Below are positions 51,551-64,000 of a stretch of 64,000 nucleotides of DNA, piece by piece. Position 1 is the stretch's first letter. The number at the start of each line of letters is the position of its first letter. The position numbers were made by a program, and so were the translations under genes. Source of the stretch: the human T2T-CHM13v2.0 reference genome, Homo sapiens; NCBI RefSeq assembly GCF_009914755.1, contig NC_060930.1; one strand, written 5' to 3'. Below the pieces are notes generated by a model. It saw only the letters and a program-made list of their open reading frames with translations. It searched no databases and was not told the DNA's origin.

Positions 51551-52637
51551 TATACAAATGTATATGTCCTTAATCTATATAGGACATATATATTAAGAAT
51601 ATATCTCTGTATATCTCTTATCTTTCTATCTATGGAGGGATTGATTTATTATAAGAAATTGGCTTACAAAATTATGGAAGCTGAGAAGTCCCATGACCTG
51701 TAGTCAGTAAGCTGAAGACCCAGGTGATCTGGTATTAACGGTATAGTTTCAGTCCAAGTCTGAAGGCCTGAGAACCAGGAGAGCTGGTGGTGCAAGTTCC
51801 AGTCTGAATGCCAGCAAATACTGATGTTGCAGTCTAAAAATAGGCAGAGGGAGTGAATTCTCCCTCACACTGCCTTGTATTCTACTTAGGCCACCAACAG
51901 ATTGGGTGAGGCCCACCCACACTGGGGAGGGCAATCTGCTTTACTCAGTCTGCTGGTTCAAATGTTAACCTCATCCAGAAAGACCCTCGCAGACACACCC
52001 AGAATAATGTTTAACCATATATCTGGGCACCCTGTGGACCAGTCAGGCTGATACATAAAATTAACCATCACAAAGTCTATGTCCCCAAAGGGAGTCATTC
52101 TTGCAAAGAGACACAGTAAAGGTCTCCTTGAATTATAAGCTACAGCTACTGCCAGACCACTTTTAATTTCCTGTGTCCAAGGACCAGAAATTGGGGACAG
52201 GAGGCACCATCTTGGCAGGGGCAGTTGGCAAGAGAAGGTAAGACTGCTTTCCCACAATGGGAGCAGGAAGGAATTCATGTGGAACCAGGTGGTCCTCTGG
52301 GTACCGCGCTGCCCAGTGTAACTGTGAGTGGGCACATGCAGCAATCCTAACCTGAAAAGTCTCTGATTAGAAAGAGCTCAGGCTCCTCAAGAGCAAAGTT
52401 TTGGGTGAAACCACCAGGTCAGCCTGAAGACTTTCTGAGGTGACAGCTGAAGATTAGTGGAATTCTGAGTAAATAACGATGAAAGGAGAGGACGAGTGCC
52501 CATGGCATCCCTAAAACCACCTGCAGTGACGCAACCATCATGCATCCCACCAGCTTTCCTCTTCTCAGATTCCTTTCAAGAAGAGAGGCCCATGACACTT
52601 TGGAGGAACTGCTCCTCAAATGTGCCTGAAATGAATC

Positions 52638-52842
52638 TTTTTTTTTTTCCCTTGGCTTCAGCATCCCAAGTAGCTGGGATTACAGGCGTCCACCACCATG
52701 CCTGGCTAATTTTTGTATTTTTAGTAGAGACGGGGTTTCACCATGTTGGCTAGGCTGGTCTCGAGCTCCTGACCTCAGGTGATCCACCCGCCTCGGCCTC
52801 CCAGAGTGCCGGGATTACAGACATGAGCCACCGAGTGCAGCT
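52638..52842 (-). mobile_element. AluS lacking the distal right arm but keeping its tail and TSD
   Basis: Poly-T joined directly to CCTTGGCTTCAGCATCCC; TSD GAA(AT/GC)GAATCTTT. Confidence 0.9.
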
Positions 52843-52899
52843 GAGAAGCGAATCTTTCAAGAAGTGTGGCTATAATGACAACAAGAGAGAAGGGAGAAA

Positions 52900-53550
52900 C
52901 CATGTCAAGAAACAGTTTATTTAATATGAGGGAGTGTATTTTAAAGAACGCAAAGTGGGAGCGACTTATTGAAGATATAAGAGAGAGGGAAGAGATAAGT
53001 GATTGACAATAAGTTGTCCCTGAGAAGATAGGAAGAAATAGGACCTTGGCAGAGGAGTGGTCAGGAGAAAAGAGAAAGATGCTCTACTGTGATCAGAGAA
53101 AAGAGTCAAAGGAGAGGTATGAGCCTACATTTATAGTTTTGGATGCAGATGGTGAGGGCATTCCTATGTGATGGGTTCTTTTTCTATTTGAAGTTTGAGG
53201 CAACTTTGCTTAGACTGAATGGCACTTGGTAGCATGAGAGTGGTGTGAAAAGAGAGGTGAGGTGATTGTGGGAATAGTAGGTGCAATTGAGATATTTGTT
53301 CAAAAACAAGTGGATCTTTAAAATCATTTTTTGAGCACTAACAATGTCAGGCACACTACTGAGCTCTTTTCCGCATTATTTCTAATATTTAAACCTATCA
53401 TACTTACTCTGAGAATTAATGAATATTGCCTTTAATTTATTGGAAAAGAATGTTTTCTTACTTGTCCAATTCATTCCTTTACTTGTTTAACATATATTTA
53501 CTGAGCTTCAATTATATGGCAAGCACTGTTCTCAGCATAGTAAGTAAGTG
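52900..53550 (-). mobile_element. L2/MIR remnants
   Basis: Purine-rich L2-like sequence; TTGAGCACTAACAATGTCAGGCAC; CATATATTTACTGAGC. Confidence 0.5.
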
Positions 53551-55164
53551 TATCAGTAATGCAAACCAAGGGCTGCCTGATTTCAAAATCCAGTTTCCTT
53601 ATAGTATGTCAATAAAAATGATCCAACAATACAAAATATTGACTCTGTGAGCCCTCTACCGGGTTCACCTATTCTAATGAGACAGGGAACTACTACTTTA
53701 TACAACAAAGACAGATTGATTATTTATAGTTGTTTAAATTATTTCAAGTATATTTTCAATGATAAGTTTGGAAGTTGAATTCCAATATAATTTCTTTATG
53801 GTAATTAAGAAGATGAATTAGTATCTTATTAAAATGTATTTTCCTTACATATTCAAAAGCAACATCTTGAATATTTGAAAACGCTTATGGTAAAATTATG
53901 ACTAATTCATGATTTAGTGCATCGCACTTCAGCTGAAATTTACATTGGCATTTACTTTGAAGAAATAATTTGATAACCAATGTAATAATTTGCACAACAT
54001 TTAAAAAAGGTTTGTGAGTTTGAGGAGTGGTTGTGGTTGCATTTAACTCATCCTTTAAAACCAGCTTTTTTTAATTGGTCAGCATATTTCTTTGTTAGTA
54101 ACTCCAGTCATTTATTGAAGCACACTCAAATGATATTTACTTGCACAAACATATTAGGGTTATAATATACCTTTTCTGTTTTTAAATTTCTATTTGTTGC
54201 AATTGTAGACAGATAAACGTTATTGGCCCCCTGTGCACATGGGGCTTTTGTGGGAAAAGTGCAATGCTATAATACATTAAAAGCCATAAGCTTTTACATT
54301 AAAAAGCAGTGATGATGGGATGAGGGTAAGTGCCATCCCATGGTGTTATTGCTATAGCATCAGCTGTGGCACTATTTTCATGAACAGACTTAGAGTTGAG
54401 TACCTCTCAAAGCAATTTTTATGTTTGAACAAATACAGTGATGGATCAGCAGAGTGAGTTACTCATCAAGAACTTGGCAAGAAGGATGAGTTACGCTGAG
54501 CAAAAATGCTGCTGAGTTTAATGACTCTTTGGGAACATGTAGGCACTTAAGTCTCTGGGGTCTAAATCTGGTTAATTCACAAGTGTGAAATTGTCAGCCT
54601 ACTTAAAAGAGGCAGAAATTATGCAATGCTTTTAGAAAGCAATTTTAATGTAAGAGGAGCACTGGAAGCCAGACAGGGCATAGTAGTATTATATTAATGA
54701 CTTTTGTTTTGTCATGGTAGAACAGTTAATTGATTCCATGAGGAAGATGGAACAAAAGAGACTTTCTAGAAATTTCATTCTCCTTCTAGGAGAGAAGAGA
54801 TAATCAGGGAAGGATTTCTCATTTTAAATCTCTGAATTAGTTCTTATTCCTGATTCAGGAAAGGTTTTCTCTAATAAGTATGCACTCAGAGTTTGAAGAA
54901 AAATGTGATGTGACTAAAGAGAAAAAACAATAATATGAAATGTCTTTATTACCTTAAATAAGTAAAATTAGATTCAACATACCCATTTGTTAGATACTGG
55001 GATTTTTGAAGGGATGATTTACCATGTATAACATGTTCTCATTTCTCAATGTATTTCACTTCCTTGGCCTTCAAATATTGCACTTGTTACTATTCTTACA
55101 CTTTACCAGTGAAATTAAATCAAGGCAAATAAGAGTTTTTTTAACATGTTTTTAAAACTTTTTA

Positions 55165-56695
55165 GAGATAAATGTGTTCCTTCCACTCCTATCGAAAATG
55201 GAGTAACAAGGACTTTCTACCAGAAGCAACTAGAAAACCAAGATATATACGTCTGGTTTTTAAACCTTGAGCCTAAGATATCATAGGCCTGTGATTGCTT
55301 CAAGAAAAAAAAAAAAGAAAGTGCGCTCTAAAATTGCATTTTTTTTTTTTGCATAGCAGGTAGTACAGGGAGGATGCATTCAGAGACCAGAGATTCTGCT
55401 AAATTGAAGAAAAAGAGGAACTAACCCACAAAGGCCAAATTTGTTAGAATTTGCAAGCAGTCTACCAGTGGGGAAGGAACAGCACAAAGACAGAGCTCTA
55501 GAAATCTGCAGAGAGGTTCCCACAAGTCTTTGGATGAATACTGATCTCTATAATGCATGAGAAGAAACTATCTGAGATTGGAGTGGGTGGAACACCACAA
55601 ATAGAGTGAGGAGAACAGTTTCAGAGCTCAAACTGGCTAGAAATAGTTCATGTTTTCACCATTAAAGTGGAAATAATTTGTCATACAAAGAGTATTGGGT
55701 AGAATGCTCAGAAAACTGTCACCTTTGTTGTGGGGATAAACTGGCTCTATGCTAAAGGCTGCTCTCAACACACACAAAGCTTAAGGACAAGCATCAGAAT
55801 GATTTAACTGGTTCCAAGCAACTTAACTGCATGCCAAAGCAAAGTCTAATGCTATTTTAAGGAATACAACAAAACTCAGTAAAGAACAACGTAAAAATCA
55901 CAATGAATGGCATCCAACAGAAAACTACCAGGCATACAAAAAAAAAAAAGAATATGATTCTAGTAAGATAAAAAACAGAAACAAAATCTACAAAATAGAC
56001 CCAGAAATGAAAAAAATAATAAAACCAGCAGATAAGGATGTTAAAATAGTGATTATAAATATGCTCGATATGTTTAATAAGGTAGGTAACAAGGAGATAA
56101 ATAACCTAAATGGAATTTCTAAAGCTGAAAAACACAGTATCTGAAAGGGAAAATGCAATTGAATGGGGTCAACAGCTGATTAAACAATGTAGAAGAAAAG
56201 ATCAGTGAACTTTAGGATGTAGAAACTATCCAAAATGAAGCCTAAAGAAAAAAAAATGGTTAAGACAAATGGACGTAACATCAGTGACCTGTGGGACAAT
56301 ATCAAACAGTCTAACATGTTATTACATCTAATTGGAGATAAAGAGGTGGGAGACATAAAAATATTCAACAAAAAATGGCCAAATATGATTCCAATTTGAT
56401 TATAAACAGAAATTTTGAGAAGAAGCCAGAGGGGGAAAAAATCTTATTATATACGGAAGAACAAAGAATTGTCACAGATTTCTTGTCAGGAACTGTGCAA
56501 ACTAAAAGAGAAATTTAAAGTTCTGAAAGAAAAAAACTTGAATTTTGTACTGTTGAATATATGTTTCAAACAAATGCAAAAGGAAGACTTTTTACACACA
56601 CACACACATACACACACACACACGCTCTCTTGAGAAAATTTGTCAAAAGTACACCTGTACAAGAAATGTTAAAGGAAGTTCTTTAGGGCAGAAAA
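55165..56695 (+). mobile_element. Old L1M 5' region/ORF1 remnant
   Basis: AAATGGAATTTCTAAAGCTGAAAAACACAGTATCTGAAA...GAAGAAAAGATCAGTGAAC...GACCTGTGGGACAATATCAA. Confidence 0.75.
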
Positions 56696-56719
56696 TTCAT
56701 AACTGTTTTTTTTTATTCA

Positions 56720-58080
56720 TTATGCCTTTTTATAAATGTTGACATTTTTCTTTATTGTAATGTATTTTTACCATGAAATTTACTTTACCTGAAATCAATA
56801 TTGCTATTTTTATTTATTTTACCTGATTTTTGTCTTAATTAGCTACTGTTTTTTCTTCATTTGTAATATTTATAATATATTTATTTAACATACCTTTTCT
56901 AAGGTGGAATAGTTTGAATGCTACTTTTTGAATTATTCTGTGTTTGTCTCTTTTTGAATTGAATTTAAGCAACTTGAATTTAGTTATAACAAATATATTT
57001 AGTCTGTCTCCTGTCATTTTGTTTTATATTGTCTAAGGCTTCATTTTCTATGCCAATACTTTCGTATTCTAAATTTTAGGGACTATTAGTTTATGTATGG
57101 GTATGTGTGTTGCTGTTGCTTATATGGAGCATATTTTGTTTGCTTTTATAAATTGCCTACTGCATTAGAAGGCATCTGTAAGGCTTAGGTCCAATTCTAT
57201 TAGTGATCACTTTCACATTCAAAACTATGCTTGAATCTTTTTTTAAATTTCCCTATTTCTGAATTTCAAGAATGAAAAAAAATTGCTACCTGTAATATTA
57301 CATGAATAATTTGATGTATTTCACCATTCTTCTAGAAAATATACTCATTTTTGCTATTTCATTATGTTATTAACTTTTTAGGAGACTATCAAATTGTTTG
57401 CAACGTGATGATGTCATTTCATAGTCCCACCAACTATATAGGAAAGATGTACTTGCTATTGTAGCCTTAAAAATTTTTAGCCTTTAGAAGTTTTATAGTT
57501 TTAGTATTTATATTACGGTCTGTAATCCATCATTTTGAGTTAATTTTTTAAAAGGTGCAAGGTAAAGATTAAACTTCATTTTTACCGTATGGATATCCAG
57601 TTGGTCTAGATCACTTGTTGAAAAGACTATTTTTAACCCTGTTGAATTATCTTGACACTTTGATTATCTTGAAAATCAATTGACAATATATGTGTGGGTC
57701 TATTCTGAATTCTCAGTTTGGTTCCATGGATCTATGTATGTATTCTTATGTTGATACCATATTCTCCTGATTACTGTATCTTTATAGTAAGTCTTGAGAT
57801 TAACAAGTATAAATCTTCCACTTTTCCCTCAGCTATGCTGAATCTTTTGCATTTCTACATAAGTTTTAGAATCAGCTTGAAAATTTATGTCAAAAAAAGC
57901 CTGTGAGAATATTGATTAGGATTGCATTGAATCTACAGACCAATTTGGATATAATTGACCTTTTGACAATTTCAGTTTTCTAATTCATAAACATGTATGC
58001 CTTATCTTTTTGTGTATATCATTTAATTTTTCTCAAGGATATTTGTATAGGTGTTGCACAAAATTTGTTAAATTTCTTCC
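56720..58080 (-). mobile_element. Old L1M ORF2 remnants
   Basis: GGATATCCAGTTG...TTGTTGAAAAGACT...GATTGCATTGAATCTACAGACCAATTTGG. Confidence 0.7.
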
Positions 58081-58576
58081 CTGTCTCAAAGTAGAAAATA
58101 GAAAACAATCACAGAGATGCCATTATAAAATATATAGATATAGCAATCCTCTAAAATTCCCATTTAACTCTGTAGTTTGACCGGAATGAAAGACGGCTAT
58201 CTTGGAGAATGATGTTAGATTAATCAAGTAGTCACTCTAATAATAGCAACTGTTCCAACTACCATCTCCATATTGAAATCCTACAAATGTTTCCTCTTTA
58301 AAAAAAAAATTCAAAACAGAAGAACCAGCAGCATGTCTTTCACTAACTGATTCAGTTAGCTCCTGGGGCAGTGATCATCTCCCTATTTTATAGGACATCA
58401 TACTCATCCGTTACATTGAAGATACCATATAGATTCTTGGATAGAATAAGAAAGAGAGTGCTAGGTGCCTTAGAGTACATGTACTGATGAAAATACAGGA
58501 GCCTGACACTTAATTAAATTTTTTGGAATTTAGGAGCCTTGGTCAAGAAAGATAGATATCTTTATTAGAGTAACTA

Positions 58577-58925
58577 ATTTTTTTTTAAAGAGATGAAGTC
58601 TCACTTTATCACCAAGGCTGAAGTGTAGTGGGCACAATCATAGCTCACTGCAGCCTAGAACTCCTGGGCTCAAGTGATTCTGCCACCTCAGCCTCCTGAG
58701 TAGCTCGGACTACAGACACATGCCACCATGCTCAGCTAATTAAAATTTTTTATTTTTTGTTTTTTATTTATTTTTATTTTTATTTATTTTTATTTTTTAT
58801 TTTTTTTTAGAGATTGGATTTCAACTATGTTGCTCAGGCTGGTCTCAAACTTCTGGCCCCAATAGATCCTCCCACTTAGGCCTCCCAAAGTGTTGGGATT
58901 ACAGGTGTGAGCTACCATGCTCTAC
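58577..58925 (-). mobile_element. AluJ with expanded middle A-rich linker
   Basis: CACAATCATAGCTCACTGCAGCC; ~70-nt T-rich linker at 58741-58808. Confidence 0.9.
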
Positions 58926-59481
58926 AGCAATGATTTGCTGAACCTTGTCCATCCTTCAATGTTTAGGGTATCTTTTAGATTTTGTAGGCAACTTATCCCA
59001 TGTATAGGTGTGTGCTGCCTAATTTATTAACTGAATGACCTAAAAAGCTTCCCCATTAAGGCCCAGAACAAGGGAGGGCTTTCCTGATGGCCCAGGCTGC
59101 AGTGTAAACAGCTAAACTGTTTGGCTCCCATGTTGCTTAAAGTGTCTATGGAAGATACGAATGCTGTGGCAAGTCCTATAAGAGGATTGCAGAAGAGACT
59201 GGTATCTTTGATTTGAGATGCAGCTGGAATGGAAATTTGTCTCACTTCACTTTCTGCCTCATGTTTCCTCCATCACCAAGGAAGCTGGTAATAACTTGGT
59301 TGGTCTGAACCCATGCACAGCTCAGAAGTGTGAGTGAGTTAATACCCCCAAGGAAAACTTTTGACTAATTGGGGGAAGAAAGCAGATAGATAAATGCTTC
59401 TCCTGTTTCCCTCCTTCTGATAGAAAATTCAGGGAGGTATCTGGAAACTTCTCAGGAGCCCTCAACAGAACAGTGCATTAA

Positions 59482-60058
59482 TATACTACAGCCAAATACC
59501 ACTAAGAACACATCTGTGGCAGAACAAGTTCGGCTCAAGGTTCATTGCAACAAGGGAGAACTCCCCTCATAGGGATCTTTGGGACATTTCTGTAAGATGG
59601 TGTTAAAAGGACGTATAGGATTTTTAGCTATGCCAGGTATTTTGAGGAGAGTTCAAGAATGCAGGGCTTTGTTATGGATTAGATGCTGTCAGGAAGTGAG
59701 GATAATTCTGACTGGGTGTCTTAAATCTTTACAAGGTGAGAAGACTAAAGTGAGGGTAAATCTAATTGATAAAGAATCATATTAGCAAGGTTAGGGAGAC
59801 GCTTGGTCATTTGTATGGTTTGGATAATGTTGTTTTTAATCTGTGTTCAGATGTGATTACGAAGTGGTATTTTTGCTCTAATTCATTACAGTTGTGGTGT
59901 GGCCTTGTTGATGTTGATGTTCTAGGAAAATTGTTCACATCCAACAGGAGAATGTTGAGACCTAGCTGTGAATGCCAGGCCAGCTCTTAGCAAAACCAAA
60001 GTCTAGCTGGTAGTTCCAGGCTATTCTTATCAGTTAAGAGCTATTTTTCTCTCTCTCA
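59482..60058 (-). mobile_element. ERV1-type LTR (MER31/MER67-like) nested in an ERVL LTR remnant (~59220-60210)
   Basis: TTGCAACAAGGGAGA...GTAAGATGGTGTTAAAAGGAC...TTTTCTCTCTCTCA; subfamily uncertain. Confidence 0.55.
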
Positions 60059-61771
60059 AGAACCACTGGTTTTCTGGAAGGAATAGCTTCAAGAATACCC
60101 TCTTATAATGGCTTTTCATCCTTCCTGTTGCATTCTTTCTGGCCTCTCACTCTGTCTCAGTCTATACCTTCAGCCTTCTGTAGGCATGGTAACTCAAGTT
60201 GAGATACTCTTTCAGGAACACAAACAATATTCTAAATAGTATTCCCCTTTTGAAAAACAGCTGCCCATCATGAACTGTGCTATATGATCCATCTGGCCAT
60301 AAGGTCGGGACGTGCTAACTATGCTCCATCATTAAGTGGACGTAGATATTCTCAACAGGGCTCAATTGTTCCTGAAGGCAAAAGTACCTTTCCTGAATAG
60401 GACATTCACATGTCCAGTGTGCCTTCACTTTATTACCCTTCAGTTTGCTCCTGTGGCCTGTGGACATTCCCAATGACTAGTTGGCTGAGGAGGTATGGCT
60501 GTGAGTCTGCTTTACAGATGGCTCTGCATCATATGGCATCATCTGCTATAACTGGCCAAAATAATTATGAAAAAGTTCAGCTCCATTCAGGATTGGTTTA
60601 GAAAGGACATTCCTGAGGAGGCAGAATTTGAAACAGAAAAACTCATTTTCCCAATTGTATCTTGAGCTAAGGATATAAGGATGGGACAAGGATGGGGAAA
60701 AGTTCAGAGCTACTTCCTTGGCAGCAGTTTTCTGTGGCAGCCATGTCAGAGGACAGTATCATGTTGACATCAGCAGTGGCATCAATCAGTCTCATCCTGG
60801 GTTATGGTGATGGAGGACCGGGTACCTACATGCTCCACATCTTTCCCGATGCCTTGGACTTACATAAACCTCTGAGATGAAGCTAAAATCCTGGAAAAAA
60901 AGGAAGTATGTAGGAAAACCTTGATTTCACTGAGGAAAAAATTAGAATAAACCACATTCACCATATATTGACTAATATTATGTTTTTACCACCAGAGAGG
61001 CTTGAGACAAAAAATAAGTTCAGTGATCAAGAAAACAAAGAAAATATCCACTCTCAAATTTGTAGCCTGATAATTCAGACCTGTAGTTAGAAGTATTGAC
61101 AGTGGCTTTCTAGATAGAGACACTAAGAGAGAGACTAGGAAACTTAGGTTACTTAAGTTTTCTTATTTGTACTATTTTTCATACATGTAACAAAATTTTT
61201 TACAACAAATATGTATTACCTCTATAATCAGAAAACTATAAGCATTGCTTTAGAGGAATATCATCAAGGCAAAAACACTACTGAAAGTCAATGATGAGTA
61301 TCTATGACTAGTATTACTATGGTTATTATTATTACATTTAACCTAATAGAAATGGTACTATACATTTACTATTATAAACCTTATCCTAATAGGAGTTATA
61401 GTTGATTAAAACACTTAAATTTATCTTGTTGATATTTTCTTAGCTAGTAATATTATACTATAAAATTAATACTTCTCGGTCTTTTTTGCAAACTCTTAAA
61501 ATATGAAAGACAAAATTCTTACCTCTTGGTCATGTGAGTCATCAATGACTGTGGAAGCTACTCATGAGCTCATGCTTATTTATAATCTTGAATATGTGCT
61601 CACACAGATTATATAACATTAAGCAAGAAGCAATTCACTGGCAATGCCTAATATTGGGGCAGATAGACACTTATATGAGTTACACAGAAAATATTATTAC
61701 TCACTTTTGTGGACAGTGGGGGCAGAGAGGATTTGTTTTCAGCTCTAACTTCAGTCAGGAAATGTCTCTAC

Positions 61772-62148
61772 TGTTAACAAGAAAAGCTCTAGACTTACTA
61801 AAGTTAACAGCATTTATTTGAGCAAAGATTGATTCATGTATTGGTCAGCACTCAGAACCAGAAGACGTTCAGAGAGCTCTGCTCTACAATGTGGGCAGTG
61901 AGTATTCATAGACAGAAGACCATGGAAGCACAGAAATACCTTAATTGGTTACAGCTAGGCTTTTGCCTTGTTTGGACATGGTATGAATAACTGGCTGCTT
62001 GTCATTTGCTGAAGCTCTGCTGCTTGTGATTGGTTGAGATCCGGCTATTTTAACTCCTAAATTAGATTGCCCTACAGGTTGCAGTTCTTTAGGTAGGAAC
62101 TTCAAGTATACAGACAGCCTCAGGCTAATGGCCTTCTGCTTATTTAAT
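61772..62148 (-). mobile_element. MER4-group ERV1 LTR (MER93-like)
   Basis: TGTTAACAAGAAAA...TTTATTTGAGCAAAGA...CTCAGAACCAGAAG..GTTCAGAGAG. Confidence 0.6.
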
Positions 62149-62654
62149 GTAGCAGTACCAAAAGAAGTTTCATTCTACCATATCCCCTTTCCATTACTGC
62201 AGTGTATGGAAAGCCACATTTATCCCACAGAGAGAATAGGGCTGGAACAGAGGGATCTGACCACAGTGAGAGGGCAGATCGCAGAGACTGAATAGGAGTA
62301 CGGTGCTGAGTGTGTAGACAGGATTCAGAACCTTCCACAGCAATCAGCTGATACAGACTCACCGCCTAATGATTCAGAAAATGAGGGATCAAAGACTAGA
62401 ATGGAGAGAGAAAAAATGAAGTGTGGCAAGAGCAACAAGGGGTAGTGGGATGCACAGAAAGGATCCAAAGGACATCAGCACTAATCCCTCAGTTGACAAT
62501 AATGGCTATCTGGAAGCCACCTACCCCTGAGAAATTGTGAAGTACATGTGTAGATCTCATGACACAAAAGAATACTTTTAGTATATTGCTGCTATAATCA
62601 ATATGATTAAAAGGTTAACTACAAATTTGGAGCATATTGGTCACAAAACAGCTG

Positions 62655-62875
62655 ACATTTCTTTCTGGATATGTACCAGGTAATGCTGAGCAGTTTATAT
62701 GCCTTGGGTACATTTAATTTTTCCAACAACACTATGAGGTAGGTACTGTTTTCCTCATTGAGAAAAGTGCAGAATGACCAAGTGGCTTGCTTAAGGTCCA
62801 CAGCAAATGGTTGGCAGGGCCAGATTCAGGCTGAGATATCTGACTTCAGAGTCTGAGATGTTAATTACTGCATAG
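62655..62875 (-). mobile_element. MIR SINE
   Basis: CAACACTATGAGGTAGGTACTGTT...AAGGTCCACAGC...TCTGACTTCAGAG. Confidence 0.7.
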
Positions 62876-62962
62876 ACTTCTTTTCCAAACTGACGGATCT
62901 CTGTGAGGAGCATCATCACATCTCTGTTAGGAGCAACTGTTAATTTATTAAAACCTACTGTA

Positions 62963-63297
<335 letters not shown>

Positions 63298-64000
63298 TTA
63301 GATAGTATGACTGAGTGGAGAAAATTTTAAGAGTGTGGATTCAGCATCTTCAACAGAATTTTTGGTTCTGTTTTCTTAATTTATCCTATAGAGTAGTTTC
63401 AGGTACTGATATTTGTGGATACTTGGACCAAATGGACCATATCAAATATTATGCCAGAGATTCTGATCCCTAAACTAAGTAGAATAGGCACTTGATTTAT
63501 AATTGTGTCTTAACAACATCGTTTCTCTCTTATCTTGTGTTACTCTTTGTCATTTATTCCTCACAGGAAGAAAGAAGTACCTAAGGCCCCACCATTAGAA
63601 CCTGACTCTGTGTTTCTAATGCTTCAGGCCAAGGAGGAAAACACTGTATTTAATGCGCTTGCAGTATTTCTATTCTTGCAAAATACTTACTGTTCCAAGC
63701 AAGTGAGTTTTCAAATAAAATAAGAAAAGCATTTTCCTATTTTTGCTGCTTACCTTATTGCTCTATAACCCTCTACAAGTGTATCTATTTCCAAATCGTT
63801 TCTCTCTGGGGAGGCTACATTTCACACTTCTACAACATAAAATACTACCACAGAGATTCTTAACAGTTGACATTTGTAGACCTCCTTGATTGAAAGGTTG
63901 TGCAGTGAATACATTTGTTTTGGAATCAAATAAATATTATTTAAATTTGGAAATAGATACACTTGTAGAGGGTTATAGAGCAATAAGGTAAGCACCAAAA

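Larger units (their letters stand above)
50841..52072 (-). mobile_element. MLT2B solo LTR with greatly expanded internal CA/TA region
   Basis: TGTACTAGTTTGGGTTCTCTAGAGAAACAGAACC start; ATTAACCATCACA end; perfect TSD AAGTC (50836-50840, 52073-52077). Confidence 0.92.
58085..60660 (+). mobile_element. ERVL pol remnants (RT, RNase H) interrupted by AluJ and LTRs
   Basis: CCCATTTAACTCTGTAGTTTGACC (PFNS.VWP-like); TTTACAGATGGCTCTGCA (FTDGSA). Confidence 0.65.

Noticed and set aside
54305-54400. C-box-like GTGATGA with hairpin ATGGGATG...CATCCCAT (possible C/D snoRNA)
   Set aside because: No CTGA D box at a suitable distance and no terminal stem.

Overview
Primate (human-like) AT-rich, gene-poor genomic DNA, roughly half of it recognisable transposable-element remnants. 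Repeats seen: 8 Alus, 2 FAM monomers, a full-length L1PA8-like element (38493-45268, minus strand), several truncated L1s, L2/MIR, MaLR/ERVL LTRs, degraded ERVL internal sequence, and Tc2/Kanga and hAT-Charlie DNA transposons. I recognise no protein-coding gene, RNA gene or CRISPR array. The supplied ORFs are TE remnants, simple-repeat read-through or short ORFs with no recognisable homology. The most unusual structure is the swollen microsatellite of an MLT2B solo LTR (50841-52072), which holds two ~97%-identical copies of nearby DNA. One is a direct 61-bp copy of 49223-49283 that starts in the loop of a perfect hairpin. The other is an inverted 131-bp copy of 47614-47744 flanked by a 17-bp direct repeat. 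Smaller templated-repair-like scars occur elsewhere, including one that removes the catalytic SDH motif of the L1 endonuclease in frame. Other candidates are a 340-bp purine triplet tract, a variant-telomere hexamer run, a GATA/RUNX/E-box cluster and a speculative minus-strand spliced small ORF. Subfamily names come from remembered consensus sequences, not from a database run, and boundaries of old elements are approximate.
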